Below are positions 50,524-63,451 of a stretch of 64,000 bases of DNA, in pieces. Numbering within the stretch: the first letter of the stretch is position 1; each line of letters opens with the position of its first letter. The stretch is from Mobula hypostoma (Eukaryota), in contig NC_086101.1 of NCBI RefSeq assembly GCF_963921235.1, forward strand, positions 7,504,001 through 7,568,000. Direction: 5' to 3'. The position numbers were made by a program, and so were the translations under genes. Under the pieces are notes generated by a model. That model was not told where the DNA came from. It was given only the letters and a program-made list of their open reading frames with translations, and made no database searches.

Positions 50524-52967
50524 AGAAGGCCCCAAATCCCTCTTGCACGCTGCTCTCTTGCATGCTGCACAGCTGGATATTCGACTGTTAACCAAACACG
50601 GCTTCTGTCGCTGTGTAAGTCTTGCTTCCCTGCCCTAGTTTCATCACGTTTGATTAAAGCAGCTTTTAAGCGTGTGAAACACCCTCTGTTGTCTGCGCCG
50701 ATCCGATCAGGAACTGGCGGCTTCATTAAAGTTTAAGCTCAGGTTTCACTGATATTCAACCACACATGAATACCTGTGAATACAACAAAAGAAACGGCGT
50801 CATTCTGGGCCCAAGGTGCCAACAGTCACACACAGCACAAGGCACGTAGCACATATAAGTAAAATACAGTCACACAAAACATTAGAGTCCAAGTCCCTGA
50901 GTTCAAGAATGTTGCAGCAGTCTGCATTCAAACACAATACAACCTGGGTTCCACTGAGCGGGTACTGGAGAGAGCCTCTGACAGAGAGCAGCAACACCGG
51001 TGCCTCTCTCCTGGATGGCTACAAAGCGTAGACACTCTGGCATGAGGTCTGGTCCTCATTACGACCGAGGTCATGCAGCTCCCTGCCGTCGGGACTGGCA
51101 GTAAGCAGTAACCAGTGAGCCGGGGTTGTGGCATTCTGCATTATCAACGTCCAACAGGGTCTCGCAATCACGAGAAAAGCGACTGAGCCTTCATGACTGA
51201 CTACGACGCCTCTCTGACGCAGGCAGCAACACGGTCTGCAGAAAGTCCAGCTCCTTCAGTTTCTCTGCCAACAAGCAATGGGGTAGTCCTGCGGTACTAG
51301 AAGTTTCTATGTCCAGCAGGGTCTTGTGATCATAAAAAATACATTTTAAAAATGACAATAATGCCTTTGGTAATAAATATACCTTGAACTTTGAAATTTG
51401 TTTGGTCCCATAGAAGGCACTGTCCGAGCACACTGGTATCTTACTAGAAACCATGAGAACTTGAGATCAGTTCATCAAATTAAAGTCTCAGAATAGTAAT
51501 GAAAAATATATATTTACAGGAATAAACCTTTTCGATTTCACACTCAAAGACAATACGTTAGGTAGTGCCCTATTACATTTGTTAAAACCGTTTGGCGACG
51601 GACTGTTGCAGCTCATGTGGCCCTGGAGTGGTTCACTACCGCAATAACTGAGGGGCTTCCTCACCCAGCCGGGCACCTCGCTGTCCAGCAGCAGAAGGAC
51701 CCTCCTCCACTGGTCCTTCTCCGCCGAGCCACTGTGGAGGCTGCTCTGAGCTTCAGTGCACAAGGTAACACAGCTATTCTAGAAGGCTTCAGCCATTCAG
51801 CCCATCAAGTCTGCTCTGCCATTTATTTTCCCTCTTGACCCCATTCTCCTGCCTTCTCCTACCTTTCTCACCTTTGATGCCCTGACTAACCAAGAAACGA
51901 TCAACCTCCACTTTAAATATACCTAACGACTTGGCCCCCACAGCCGTCTGTGGCAGTGACTTCCACAGATTGACTGCCTTCTGCTTGAGGAAGCGGCGTA
52001 TCAGGGAACTGGTCCCAACAGTATTTAGTCTGCGCCCACAGTCCATGGTACATTAGCAGACAGGCCGACACCATCACAGTTCAGAGCGTCGGAGTTTGAA
52101 GTTCAGTTCTGGCACCTTCTGTTCTCCCCTTCCCCACATGGGTTTCCTCTGGGTGCTCTGGTTTCCTCCCAGAGTCCAGAGACATAGGGGTTAGTAGGTT
52201 ACCTGGTCATTGTCCCGTGGTTACGCCGGGGTTAAATCGGTGGTTCGCTAGGTGGCCTGGCTCATTGGTTCAGAAGGGTCTGTTCCACGCTGTCCCTCCG
52301 AATGTGACAAAGTAAAATTCCTGTCTGTGAATGAGCCCGAAAGCTGTTTCGGCAGCAGGGTTAAAATCTAGTCACTTCAGTATTGTAGGGTGAGCAGACT
52401 GTCATTTAATAATAACTTATTTATAGAGCACTTTCCATACAGACAATATTGTTCAGAGGGTGTCACAATGAGATAAACTGCAAACATGAAAATAAAAATG
52501 AAAATGAAGATGATGAATAAAAAGATGTTAGTTAAAAACAAGTGGTTTTGAGATGGCATTCACCTGAGTCTGCATCCCCTACAGGTTTAGGTATTGAGTT
52601 CCACAGTCTACGACCTGCCAATTAGCTGTGGAGGGATAATTACCCAAAGGGCTCAGTAACAGGGGAAAACACACCAGCGTTGCAGGGGCCCAGCTATCAG
52701 TGCCACTGCCTTACAGATCCAGGGCCTGCATGTAACACTGACCTTGAAGGCTGTTCTGAGTCACAGAGCGGGGCTGCATGGTAGCAAAATGGTGAGCGTA
52801 ACATTCACAGCACATTTGAAGCTGGGGTGAGGTGGGGACATTCTTTCCAAACAGTCCAAGAGAGAGCCTAAGTTGCGGGGTCACAGACGCCAGAGAACGG
52901 GGCTGTGGGATTGCTCGACTGTGTCTGGACATAAATATGGACACAACGGAGGGGCGGAGTGAAGTTA

Positions 52968-53660
52968 CAATGGCGCTAAATGGCGTTTCCTTTGCTTGCA
53001 TCTTCAGAAACAGCTTTATTTCTATCTCAGATATCTATTCTTCCCTTTTCGAGGTTCCTCTGTAGACCCTGACCTGGAGTTACACTCCGACTTCAGTTCT
53101 TTGCCGAGATGGGACCCGCTCTCAGGGCCTCACGAACGGCCGCTTTTTGATATCCCAAGGAGCCACCAGGGTTCCGGATTTTCGGGGCTCTGGAGCCGGG
53201 CTGGTTCAAGACCGGTTTCCCTGTCTGAGGCATCATGAGAGAACACAGAACATCTGGAGCAGTGGGTTACGTGTCTGGAGAGCTGGATCTTTCTGGGGCC
53301 GACCCTCTGGTCGCAGGGCTTGGAAAAATTGACACAACAGACTTTTAATATTGTAAATCAGTGAGTTGTTTGTTATGTCTCCCCTCTCGCTGTGAAACGG
53401 GGACACCTCTTTCTCCCTTATTAGGGAGAGAGAGAGAGCCTGTGGTATGTCGAATGACTGGGTGAACGAGTAGATATTGGGGTACTGCAAGTCTGTGTCT
53501 TTATTGATGCTTTGCTGCACGCTTGAGTGCTTGTGGAAGGAGCTGATGATTTTTGCTGGTGGGGGAGGGGGGTTGTTGCCTTGCTGTTGCTTGTGCGTGG
53601 GAGGGGGGAGCTGCGGGGCTTTGGGATTTTAACGTTTAACTGTCATTCATTCTTTGGGCC
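52968..53660 (+). mobile_element. Non-autonomous repeat, related to 42520-43030
   Basis: Starts aatggcgctaaatggcg; homologous internal blocks. Confidence 0.6.
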
Positions 53661-55045
53661 TATTGAAAGCTACTGAATTGAAGAAGTTCTCAAATGGCAG
53701 GGGTAGGCAAACCTTGGCTGACAAAGGAAGTTAAGGACTGCATGAAAGCCAAGGAAAGGGCATATAAGGTAGCAAAAGTGAGTGGGAAGGTGGAAGATTT
53801 TGAAATCCAACAACAGGCAACGAATATGTTATAAGAAGGGAAAAGATGAAATATGAAGGCAAACTAGCCAATAACATAAAGCAAGATACTAAAAATATTT
53901 TCAGTTATATAAAGAGTAAAATGGTGGTGAGAAGTCGATATTGGACCACTGGAAAATGATGCTGGAGGTATTAATGGGGGCTAAGAAATGGCAGATGAAC
54001 TTAATGGGTACGTTGCATCACTCTTCACTGTGAGAGACGCTAGCAGTGAGGGTCAGGGAGCAGGAGTGAGTGCCATTGCTACTACAAAGGAAAAAGTGCA
54101 AGGCAAACTCAAAGGTCGTAAGGTAGGTAAGTCACCTGGATCAGATGGACTACATCCCAGAGTCTTGACAGAGGTTGCTGAAGAGATAATGGATGCATTG
54201 GTCACTATCTTTCAAGAATCACTTGATTCTGGTATGGTTCCAGAAGACTGGAAGATTGCAAATGTCACTCCACTCTTTAAGAAGGGAGGAAGGCAAAGGA
54301 AAGGAAATTTTAGGCCAGTTGGCTTAACCTCAATGGTTGGGAAAATTTTGGAGTTTATTATTGAGGATGAGTTTTCGGGGCACTTGGAGAATAATGATAA
54401 AATAAGTCAAAGTCAGAATGGTTTTTGAGAAACGACCTTTTAGAACAGAGGTAAGGAAGAATATTTTTAGCCAGAGAGCAGTGAATCTGTGGAATGCTCT
54501 GCGGTGGAGGTCGAGTCCGTGGGGATATTTAATGCAGAAGTTGATCATTTCCTGATCGGTCAGGGCATCAAAGGATATGGGGAGAAGGCAGGTGTATGGG
54601 GTTGAGTGGGATCCGGGGTTAGCAGCAGACTTGATGGGCTGAATGGCCCAATTGGGTTCCTATGTCTCATGGTCTTACGGGCTTATGATCTTGGGAACAA
54701 AAGGGTTGGTTAACAGCCAAAGGTTTCTCCCCTGGGTGGAAATGGCTAATGCAAGGGGGCCATAGCTTTAAGGTTATTGGAGGAAAGTATAGCAGGGATA
54801 TCTGATGTTTCTTAACACAGAGAGTGGTGAGTGCATGGAATGTGCTGCCAGGGGTGAAGCTTCAGGCAGGTACACTAGGGACGTTTAAAAGATGCTTAGA
54901 TAGACGTATGAATAATAGAAACATGAAGGGCTATGTGGGAGGAAAGGGTTAGATTGATCCTAGACTAGGTTCCAGTTCAGCACTATATGGTGGGCCGAAG
55001 AGCACGTACTGTGCAGTAATTTTCTGTAATCTATACTCTATGTTC
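53660..55045 (+). mobile_element. Cluster of CR1 fragments
   Basis: ORF 53988-54428 GLHPRVL..VPEDWKIANVTPLFKKG followed by two CR1 3' ends. Confidence 0.8.
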
Positions 55046-55524
55046 AAGAAAAGGAGTTCAGTTACCTGAGGGCACTGAAGGGGATTCCCGAACTGGGGAG
55101 GGTGAGGTTAGGGATAAGATTTGGATGAAAGGACGAGAATTTTTAAGCGAGGTGCTTAAATCAAAGCATGTATTGTGGAAGAACCTTCTCTGCTGTGCAT
55201 GGTTTCTTTGTCCAGGTGTTAGTTAAGCAGGGGAGTGATCTCACCAGATGGAGCGTTTAGCAGATACGTGATATCCCAGCACTTATCAGGTTGGAAGACA
55301 AGAACAGGGTTTGACACAGGAGGATGGAAATATGCCACTGTGACCATCTGTCCCACATTTAGTCTAATATAAACCCTTCCCCTTGTATCACACTTTTAGG
55401 GTTTAGCACCAGGTTCATTCACCAGAGACATGACTAGAGATAGACTCATAGAGTTATAGGATAATACAGCACAGATACAGGCCCTTCGGCCCAACTAGTT
55501 AATACTTACCATCTAACTTCCTTA

Positions 55525-55920
55525 CCTGCTGCCCGTTACGCTGCTGGTTTTTAGGGAAGCACGGAAGATCCTCCATCTCTGGTCCTGGTCCTCAATTTCA
55601 CAGATTTCTTCATCATGTCGGTAGCTTCCTCTCGGTTTTCACGACGGGCAGTCATACAAGTCTAGCTGGAGACTCAGAAATACCATCACACTCAGAAGTA
55701 GAAGGATTCTTCATTGCTGTTTCCATAACAAGTTTAGTTTTACCAGTCAGGCTTGTTAGCCCTGAGCTGAACCCCCGAACCTGGAGGACCGGTGGACCGC
55801 TGTCCCTCTGGCCTCTACCCTTTGACCCGTTCGGCATGGGTGACCCTGCTCTAGCCAACGTAGCTCTCCGGGTTGTTGAGGCACGCAAGCCTCCAGACAC
55901 TATAGTGGTCCTCCTGGAGG
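55525..55920 (-). mobile_element. RTE/BovB-like 5' UTR-derived short element
   Basis: gaggcttgcgtgcctcaa..gagctac..agggtcacccatgccgaacgggtca, resembling RTE 5' ends; no ORF. Confidence 0.45.
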
Positions 55921-56429
55921 AATACCAGCCGAGTTGCCCACGTAATTCAGTCACCCTTCAAATAAGACCATAAGATATGCTCCAGAAGTTGAATTGGGCC
56001 ATTCAGCCCATCAAGTCTATTCCACTATTCAATCATGGCTGAATTTTTTTTCAACCCTTGTGCCCGTAATGCTTTACCGGTCGAGTGTCCCAGTAGCATA
56101 GCGGATAGCGCAAGCGTTTTATAGCGCGAGCATTCACCACTCAGACTTCGATTCCCGCCACTACTTGTGAGGAGTTGGGTTCTCCTCCCGCATTCCAAAG
56201 TTACACGGGGTAGTGAGCTGTCGGCAAGTAATTTTGGTGCTGGCCCCATCACATCTTCAAACTGTGTTGGTTGTTAATGTAAACGTTGCATTTCACTGTA
56301 TGTTTCGATGTATATATGACAAATAAAACTCTATTTTGGCATGTTGGTGGCGAAATCTTGCCACTTGCCTCCAATACATCCTCAGACTGTGTGGGTTGTT
56401 CATGTAAACGGTGCATTTCACTGTAACAT

Positions 56430-56712
56430 CCTGCCCTTCTTCAGCCCTTTATCTTTTTCACACATCACCACCCAGCTCCTTACTTTATCCCCCTATCCTA
56501 CCCACCTGGCTTCGCTTATCACCTTCTAGTCTGCACACCTTCCCCTCCCCTACCTTCTTATTCTGGCATCTTTCCAGTCCTGATGAAGGATCTCCACCCA
56601 AAACGTCGACTGTTTATTCTGCTCCAGGGATGCTGCCTGACCTGCTGAGTTCCTCCATCATATTGTGTGTGTGATACTCTGGATTTCCAGCATCTGCAGA
56701 ATCTCTTGTGTT
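56430..56712 (+). mobile_element. Penelope 3' UTR/terminal repeat with minimal hammerhead (56575-56612)
   Basis: Pyrimidine-rich UTR, then cagtc.ctgatga.aggatctccaccc.aaaa.cg.tc.gactg. Confidence 0.7.
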
Positions 56713-57224
56713 TATACATTTCACTGTATGTGTTGTTGTTTCAAAGTACATGTAACTCATTAAGTTAATTTTTAAAATCTTTAAGTGTCAGGAATGACAG
56801 TTTTAAGGAGACTAATTACAGGAAGCAGAGATGTCAGAATTCACCCAGTGTGCTGCAGTGGCTGGGTGAAAGGGTAGAGGTGGCAGATGGAACAGAGGAC
56901 TGGATAATTGAGGGAATGGAAGGTATTAGAAGCTGGCAATGGGGTGAAATATGAGAGTGTAGGTTAATACAACAGGCAGCAAATCAGAATCAGAATCGGA
57001 ATCAGGATCAGGATCAAAACTAGAATCAGAACTAAAATCAAAACGAGAATCAGAATCAAACCAGAATCAGAACCAGGTTTAATATCACAGCATTTGCCAT
57101 TAAATTTGTTGTTTTCCATAAATACATGATTTAAAGAATCTATCAATTACAATAAGATATATATATTTATTTATATATATAAAATTAAAATAAATAAGTT
57201 ATTGTAAAAAGAGAGAAAAGAATG

Positions 57225-57497
57225 TTGGCAATGCACGTAAACAATACTGATGGAACACAGCAGGCCAGGCAGCATCTATAGGAAGAGGTACAGTCGACGT
57301 TTTGGGCCGAGACCCTTCATCAGGACTAACTGAAAGTTTGAAAGTGGGAGGGGGTGGGGGAGATCTGACAAAGGGTCTTGGCCCGAAACGTCGACTGTAC
57401 CTCTTCCTATAGATGCTGCCTGGCCTGCTGCGTTCACCAGCATTTTTTATGTGTGTTGCTTGAATTTCCAGTATCTGCAGATTTCCTCGTGTTTGCG
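57225..57497. mobile_element. Penelope-derived fold-back with a hammerhead remnant on each arm
   Basis: Inverted arms; hammerhead-like motifs at 57291-57328 (minus) and 57365-57397 (plus). Confidence 0.75.
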
Positions 57498-57769
57498 AGA
57501 AAAAAATAGTGGATTCCTTTTTCCATTCAGAGATTTGATAGTGGAGGGGAAGAAGCTGTTTCTAAAACATTTGGTGTGTGTCTTTCTTTCCTGCTTGACG
57601 GTTGCAACAAGAGGAGGGTGTATCCTGGGTGATGGGGGTCCATACTAATAGATGCCACCTTTTTGAGGCATTGCCTGTTGAAGATAAGGGGCTAAAAGGC
57701 CTGTTTCTGAGCTGAATTACTCTATGGATCTATAATTTGGTGAGAAACATACAAGGGGGTGGTAAGCAA

Positions 57770-58310
57770 GAAAGGCACAATGCACTGGCTGGCCAATTCT
57801 ACTTTTCATTCCACAGATATTTCCTGACATAATATGACCTGATGGCATGAACATTGATTTCACCAACCACCGGGTAATCTCTCCCTTCTCTCTACTTCTC
57901 CCCTTTTCCATTCCTCATTCCGGTTCTCTCCTTTTCACCTGCTTTTCAGCTCCCCCTGGTGTCCCGCCACCTTCCCTTTCTGCCGCGGTCCACTGTCTGC
58001 TCCAATCAGAATCCTTCTTCTTCAGCCCTTCTCTTCTTCCACCTATCACCTCCCAGCATCTTACTTCATCCCTCCCTCCCCCACCCACCCACCTTTCCCC
58101 TCAGCTGCTCTCACCTTGTACTCCTTCCCATACCCCACCTTCTTAATTCCGGCTTTTGCTTCCCTTCCCTTCCCTTCTCTCCCAGTCTTGATGAGGAGTT
58201 TCCCCCTGAAATCCTTTCCCATAGGCGCTGCCTGACCTGCAGAGTTCCACCTGCATTTTCCCTGTGTTGCTCTGGATTTCTAGCATCTGCGGAATCCCTT
58301 GTGTTTCCAA
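57770..58310 (+). mobile_element. Penelope-like 3' end
   Basis: PDGMNIDF ORF-end motif, pyrimidine-rich UTR, degenerate hammerhead near 58183-58212. Confidence 0.7.
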
Positions 58311-58699
58311 ATACTTTCTGCTTTTGGTTCTGACCTCATTCTATGTGCTGTCATTCTGTGGTCTGCAAATTTGTTGAACTTGCCCAAGCACAAGCCAGGC
58401 AATAAACATCTCCTCTAAATCCTTGTCTTTGCGGATAATCATTCATTACCAATGCAGGGGACAAACTTTTTTCACTTACGTTTTCCTGGTTTCTGCAGAT
58501 GCTGGAAATCTTGAACAACAGACCTAAAATGCTGGAGGACCTCAGCAGGTCTGGAGATTCCTTTCATCAGCGGAGGGGAATCTCTTTCCCCCAGGTTTCT
58601 TACCTTGTTGCAGGGAAGCAGCATCCATCGTCACCCAGAACATGCTCTCTTCTTGCCGCTGCCATCAGGGAAAAGGTACAGGACCTTCAGGATGCAGAC

Positions 58700-61600
58700 C
58701 ATCAGGTCCTGAAGTGGGAGGGTGAAGAGCCAGAGGTCCTGGTACATATAGGTACCAATGACATAGGTAGGAAAAGGGATGAGGTCCTGAAAGAAGAATA
58801 TAAGGAGCTAGGAAGGGAGTTGAGAAAAAGGACCGCAAAGGTAGTAATCTCGGGATTACTGCCTGTGCCACGCGACAGTGAGAGTAGGAATGCGATGAGG
58901 TGGAGGATAAATGCGTGGCTGAGGGATTGGAGCAGGGGGCAGGGATTCAAGTTTTTGGATCATTGGGACCTCTTTTGGCGTAGGTGTGACCTGTACAAAA
59001 AGGACGGGTTACACTTAAATCCTAGGGGGACCAATATCCTGGCAGGGAGATTAGCGGGGCTACTGAGGTGACTTTAAACTAGAATGGTTGGGGGGTGGGA
59101 ATCAAATTAAAGCGGCTAGGTGTGAGGAGGTTAGTTCACAACAGAGGGATGGGAACCAGTGCAGAGAGACAGAGGAGTGTAAAGTGAGCGTAGAAGCAAA
59201 AAGTACAAAGGGGAAAAGTAAAAGTGGCAGGCCGACAAATCCAGGGCAAGCATTAAAAAGGGCTAAGAGAGTTGTAAAAGAGCGCCTGAAGGCTTTATGT
59301 GTCAATGCAAGGAGCATTCGTAATAAGGTGGATGAATTGAAAGTGCAGATTGTTATTAATGATTATGATATAGTTGGGATCACAGAGACATGGCTCCAGG
59401 GTGACCAGGGATGGGAGCTCAACGTTCAGGGATATTCAATATTCAGGAGGGATAGACACGAAGGAAGGGGAGGTGGGGTGGCGTTGCTGGTTAAAAAAGA
59501 GATTAACGCAATAGAAAGGAAGGACATAAGCCGGGAAGATGTGGAATCGATATGGGTAGAGCTGCGTAACACTAAGGGGCAGAAGACGCTGCTGGGAGTT
59601 GTGTACAGGCCACCTAACAGTAGTAGTGAGGTCGGAGATGGTATTAAACAGGAAATTAGAAATGTGTGCAATAAAGGAACAGCAGTTATAATGGGTGACT
59701 TCAATCTACATGTAGACTGGGTGAACCAAATTGGTAAAGGTGCTGAGGAAGAGGATTTCTTGGAATGTATGCGGGATGGTTTTTTGAACCAACATGTCGA
59801 GGAACCGACTAGAGAGCAGGCTATTCTGGACTGGGTTTTGAGCAATGAGGAAGGGTTAATTAGCGATCTTGTCGTGAGAGGCCCCTTGGGTAAGAGTGAC
59901 CATAATATGGTGGAATTCTTCATTAACATGGAGAGTGACGTAGTTAATTCAGAAACAAAGGTTCTGAACTTAAAGAGGGGTAACTTTGAAGGTATGAGAC
60001 ATGAATTAGCTAAGATAGACTGGCAAATGACACTTCAAGGATTGACGGTGGATATGCAATGGCAGGCATTTAAAGGTTGCATGGATGAACTACAACAATT
60101 GTTCATCCCAGTTTGGCAAAAGAATAAATCAAGGAAGGTAGTGCACCCGTGGCTGACAAGAGAAATTAGGGATAGTATCAATTCCAAAGAAGTAGCATAC
60201 AAATTAGCCAGAGAAAGTGGCTCACCTGAGGACTGGGAGAAATTCAGAGTTCAGCAGAGGAGGACAAAGGGCTTAATTAGGAAGGGGAAAAAAGATTATG
60301 AGAGAAAACTGGCAGAGAACATAAAAACGGACTGTAAAAGCTTTTATAGATATGTAAAAAGGAAAAGACTGATAAAGACAAATGTAGGTCCCCTGCAAAC
60401 AGAAACAGGTGAATTGATTATGGGGAGCAAGGACATGGCAGACCAATTGAATAATTACTTTGGTTCTGTCTTCACTAAGGAGGACATAAATAATCTTCCA
60501 GAAATAGTAAGGGACAGAGGGTCCAGTGAGATGGAGGAACTGAGCGAAATACATGTTAGTAGGGAAGTGGTGTTAGGTAAATTGAAGGGATTGAAGGCAG
60601 ATAAATCCCCAGGGCCAGATGGTCTGCATCCCAGAGTGCTTAAGGAAGTGGCCCAAGAAATAGTGGATGCATTAGTGATAATTTTTCAAAACTCGTTAGA
60701 TTCTGGACTAGTTCCTGAGGATTGGAGGGTGGCTAATGTAACCCCACTTTTTAAAAAAGGAGGGAGAGAGAAACCGGGGAATTATAGGCCGGTTAGCCTA
60801 ACGTCGGTGGTGGGGAAACTGCTGGAGTCAGTTATCAAGGATGTGATAACAGCACATTTGGAAAGCGGTGAAATGATCGGACAAAGTCAGCATGGATTTG
60901 TGAAAGGAAAATCATGTCTGACGAATCTCATAGAATTTTTTGAGGATGTAACTAGTAGAGTGGATAGGGGAGAACCAGTGGATGTGGTATATTTGGATTT
61001 TCAAAAGGCTTTTGACAAGGTCCCACACAGGAGATTAGTGTGCAAACTTAAAGCACATGGTATTGGGGGTAAGAAACAGGTGAATTGATTATGGGGAGCA
61101 AGGACATGGCAGACCAATTGAATAATTACTTTGGTTCTGTCTTCACTAAGGAGGACATAAATAATCTTCCAGAAATAGTAAGGGACAGAGGGTCCAGTGA
61201 GATGGAGGAACTGAGCGAAATACATGTTAGTAGGGAAGTGGTGTTAGGTAAATTGAAGGGATTGAAGGCAGATAAATCCCCAGGGCCAGATGGTCTGCAT
61301 CCCAGAGTGCTTAAGGAAGTGGCCCAAGAAATAGTGGATGCATTAGTGATAATTTTTCAAAACTCGTTAGATTCTGGACTAGTTCCTGAGGATTGGAGGG
61401 TGGCTAATGTAACCCCACTTTTTAAAAAAGGAGGGAGAGAGAAACCGGGGAATTATAGGCCGGTTAGCCTAACGTCGGTGGTGGGGAAACTGCTGGAGTC
61501 AGTTATCAAGGATGTGATAACAGCACATTTGGAAAGCGGTGAAATGATCGGACAAAGTCAGCATGGATTTGTGAAAGGAAAATCATGTCTGACGAATCTC

Positions 61601-62863
61601 ATAGAATTTTTTGAGGATGTAACTAGTAGAGTGGATAGGGGAGAACCAGTGGATGTGGTATATTTGGATTTTCAAAAGGCTTTTGACAAGGTCCCACACA
61701 GGAGATTAGTGTGCAAACTTAAAGCACATGGTATTGGGGGTAAGGTATTGGTGTGGGTGGAGAATTGGTTAGCAGACAGGAAGCAAAGAGTGGGAATAAA
61801 CGGGACCTTTTCAGAATGGCAGGCGGTGACTAGTGGGGTACCGCAAGGCTCAGTGCTGGGACCCCAGTTGTTTACAATATATATTAATGACTTGGATGAG
61901 GGAATTAAATGCAGCATCTCCAAGTTTGCGGATGACACGAAGCTGGGTGGCAGTGTTAGCAGTGAGGAGGATGCTAAGAGGATGCAGGGTGACTTGGATA
62001 GGTTGGGTGAGTGGGCAAACTCATGGCAGATGCAATTTAATGTGGATAAATGTGAAGTTATCCACTTTGGTGGCAAAAATAGGAAAACAGATTATTATCT
62101 GAATGGTGGCCGATTAGGAAAAGGGGAGGTGCAACGAGACCTGGGTGTCATTATACACCAGTCATTGAAAGTGGGCATGCAGGTACAGCAGGCGGTGAAA
62201 AAGGCGAACGGTATGCTGGCATTTATAGCGAGAGGATTCGAGTACAGGAGCAGGGAGGTACTACTGCAGTTGTACAAGGCCTTGGTGAGACCACACCTGG
62301 AGTATTGTGTGCAGTTTTGGTCCCCTAATCTGAGGAAAGACATCCTTGCCATAGAGGGAGTACAAAGAAGGTTCACCAGATTGATTCCTGGGATGGCAGG
62401 TCTTTCATATGAAGAAAGACTGGATGAACTGGGCTTGTACTCGTTGGAATTTAGAAGATTGAGGGGGGATCTGATTGAAACGTATAAGATCCTAAAGGGA
62501 TTGGACAGGCTAGATGCGGGAAGATTGTTCCCGATGTTGGGGAGGTCTAGAACGAGGGGTCACAGTTTGAGGATAGAGGGGAAGCCTTTTAGGACCGAGG
62601 TTAGGAAAAACTTCTTCACACAGAGAGTGGTGAATCTGTGGAATTCTCTGCCACAGCAAACTGTTGAGGCCAGTTCATTAGCTATGTTTAAAAGGAAGTT
62701 AGATATGGCCCTTGTGGCTACAGGGGTCACGGGGTATGGAGGGAAGGCTGGGTTCTGAGTTGGATGATCAGCCATGATCATAATAAATGGCGGTGCAGGC
62801 TCGAAGGGCCGAATGGCCTACTCCTGCACCTATTTTCTATGTTTCTATGTTTCTATGTTTCTA
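58700..62863 (+). mobile_element. Young near-complete CR1 (partial ORF1 plus ORF2 APE-RT) with a 671-bp internal tandem duplication
   Basis: ORF1 VLVHIGTND; ORF2 59088-61088 and 61085-62758 (NARS, ITETW, YRPP, GDFN, SDH, PQGSVLGP, FADD); (TTTCTATG)n tail. Confidence 0.95.
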
Positions 62864-63451
62864 TCACCCCTCAACCATCAGGCTGTCGAAGGGGATAACT
62901 TCACTCAACTTCACTTGTCCTGTCATTGAAATGTTCCCACAACCTATGAACTCATTTTCAAGGACTTTTCATCTCATGTTCTCTATATTTATTGCTTATT
63001 TATTTATTTATTTATTTATTATTATTATTATTATTTCTTTATTTTTATACTTGCATACTCTGTTGTCCTTTGCATGCTTTTTGAACCTTGATCCTATTAT
63101 GGTTATAATTCTATTTTAAATTTATTGAGTATGCTCGCAAGAAAGTGACTCTCAGTGTTATATATTGTGACATATAAGTAATTTGATAATAAACTTACTT
63201 TGAACTTTGAATGAACAGGCGACATTTCGGGCCGAGCCCTTTCATCAGAATAAGCTGCTCATCGGCAAAATTTATACAAGAGAAGAAAATGTAATTTTCA
63301 ACGCGACACTGCCATCAACTGGAGAACCGAGGTACTGCAGCATTCCGCGCGTTAAAGTTGTAAATAGTGTATACAATATTTTAGTCATGCCATTATAGGA
63401 AGGATGTGGAGGCTTTGGAAAGGGTGCATACAAGGTTTACCAAGATGTTCC

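Noticed and set aside
56980..57080. LILILV low-complexity ORF or CRISPR-like repeats
   Set aside because: Degenerate (AATCAG)n LINE tail microsatellite. No CRISPR array is seen anywhere in the window.
58499..59071. 190-aa ORF as a host esterase gene
   Set aside because: Chimeric read-through from Penelope/Rex fragments into a truncated CR1 ORF1.
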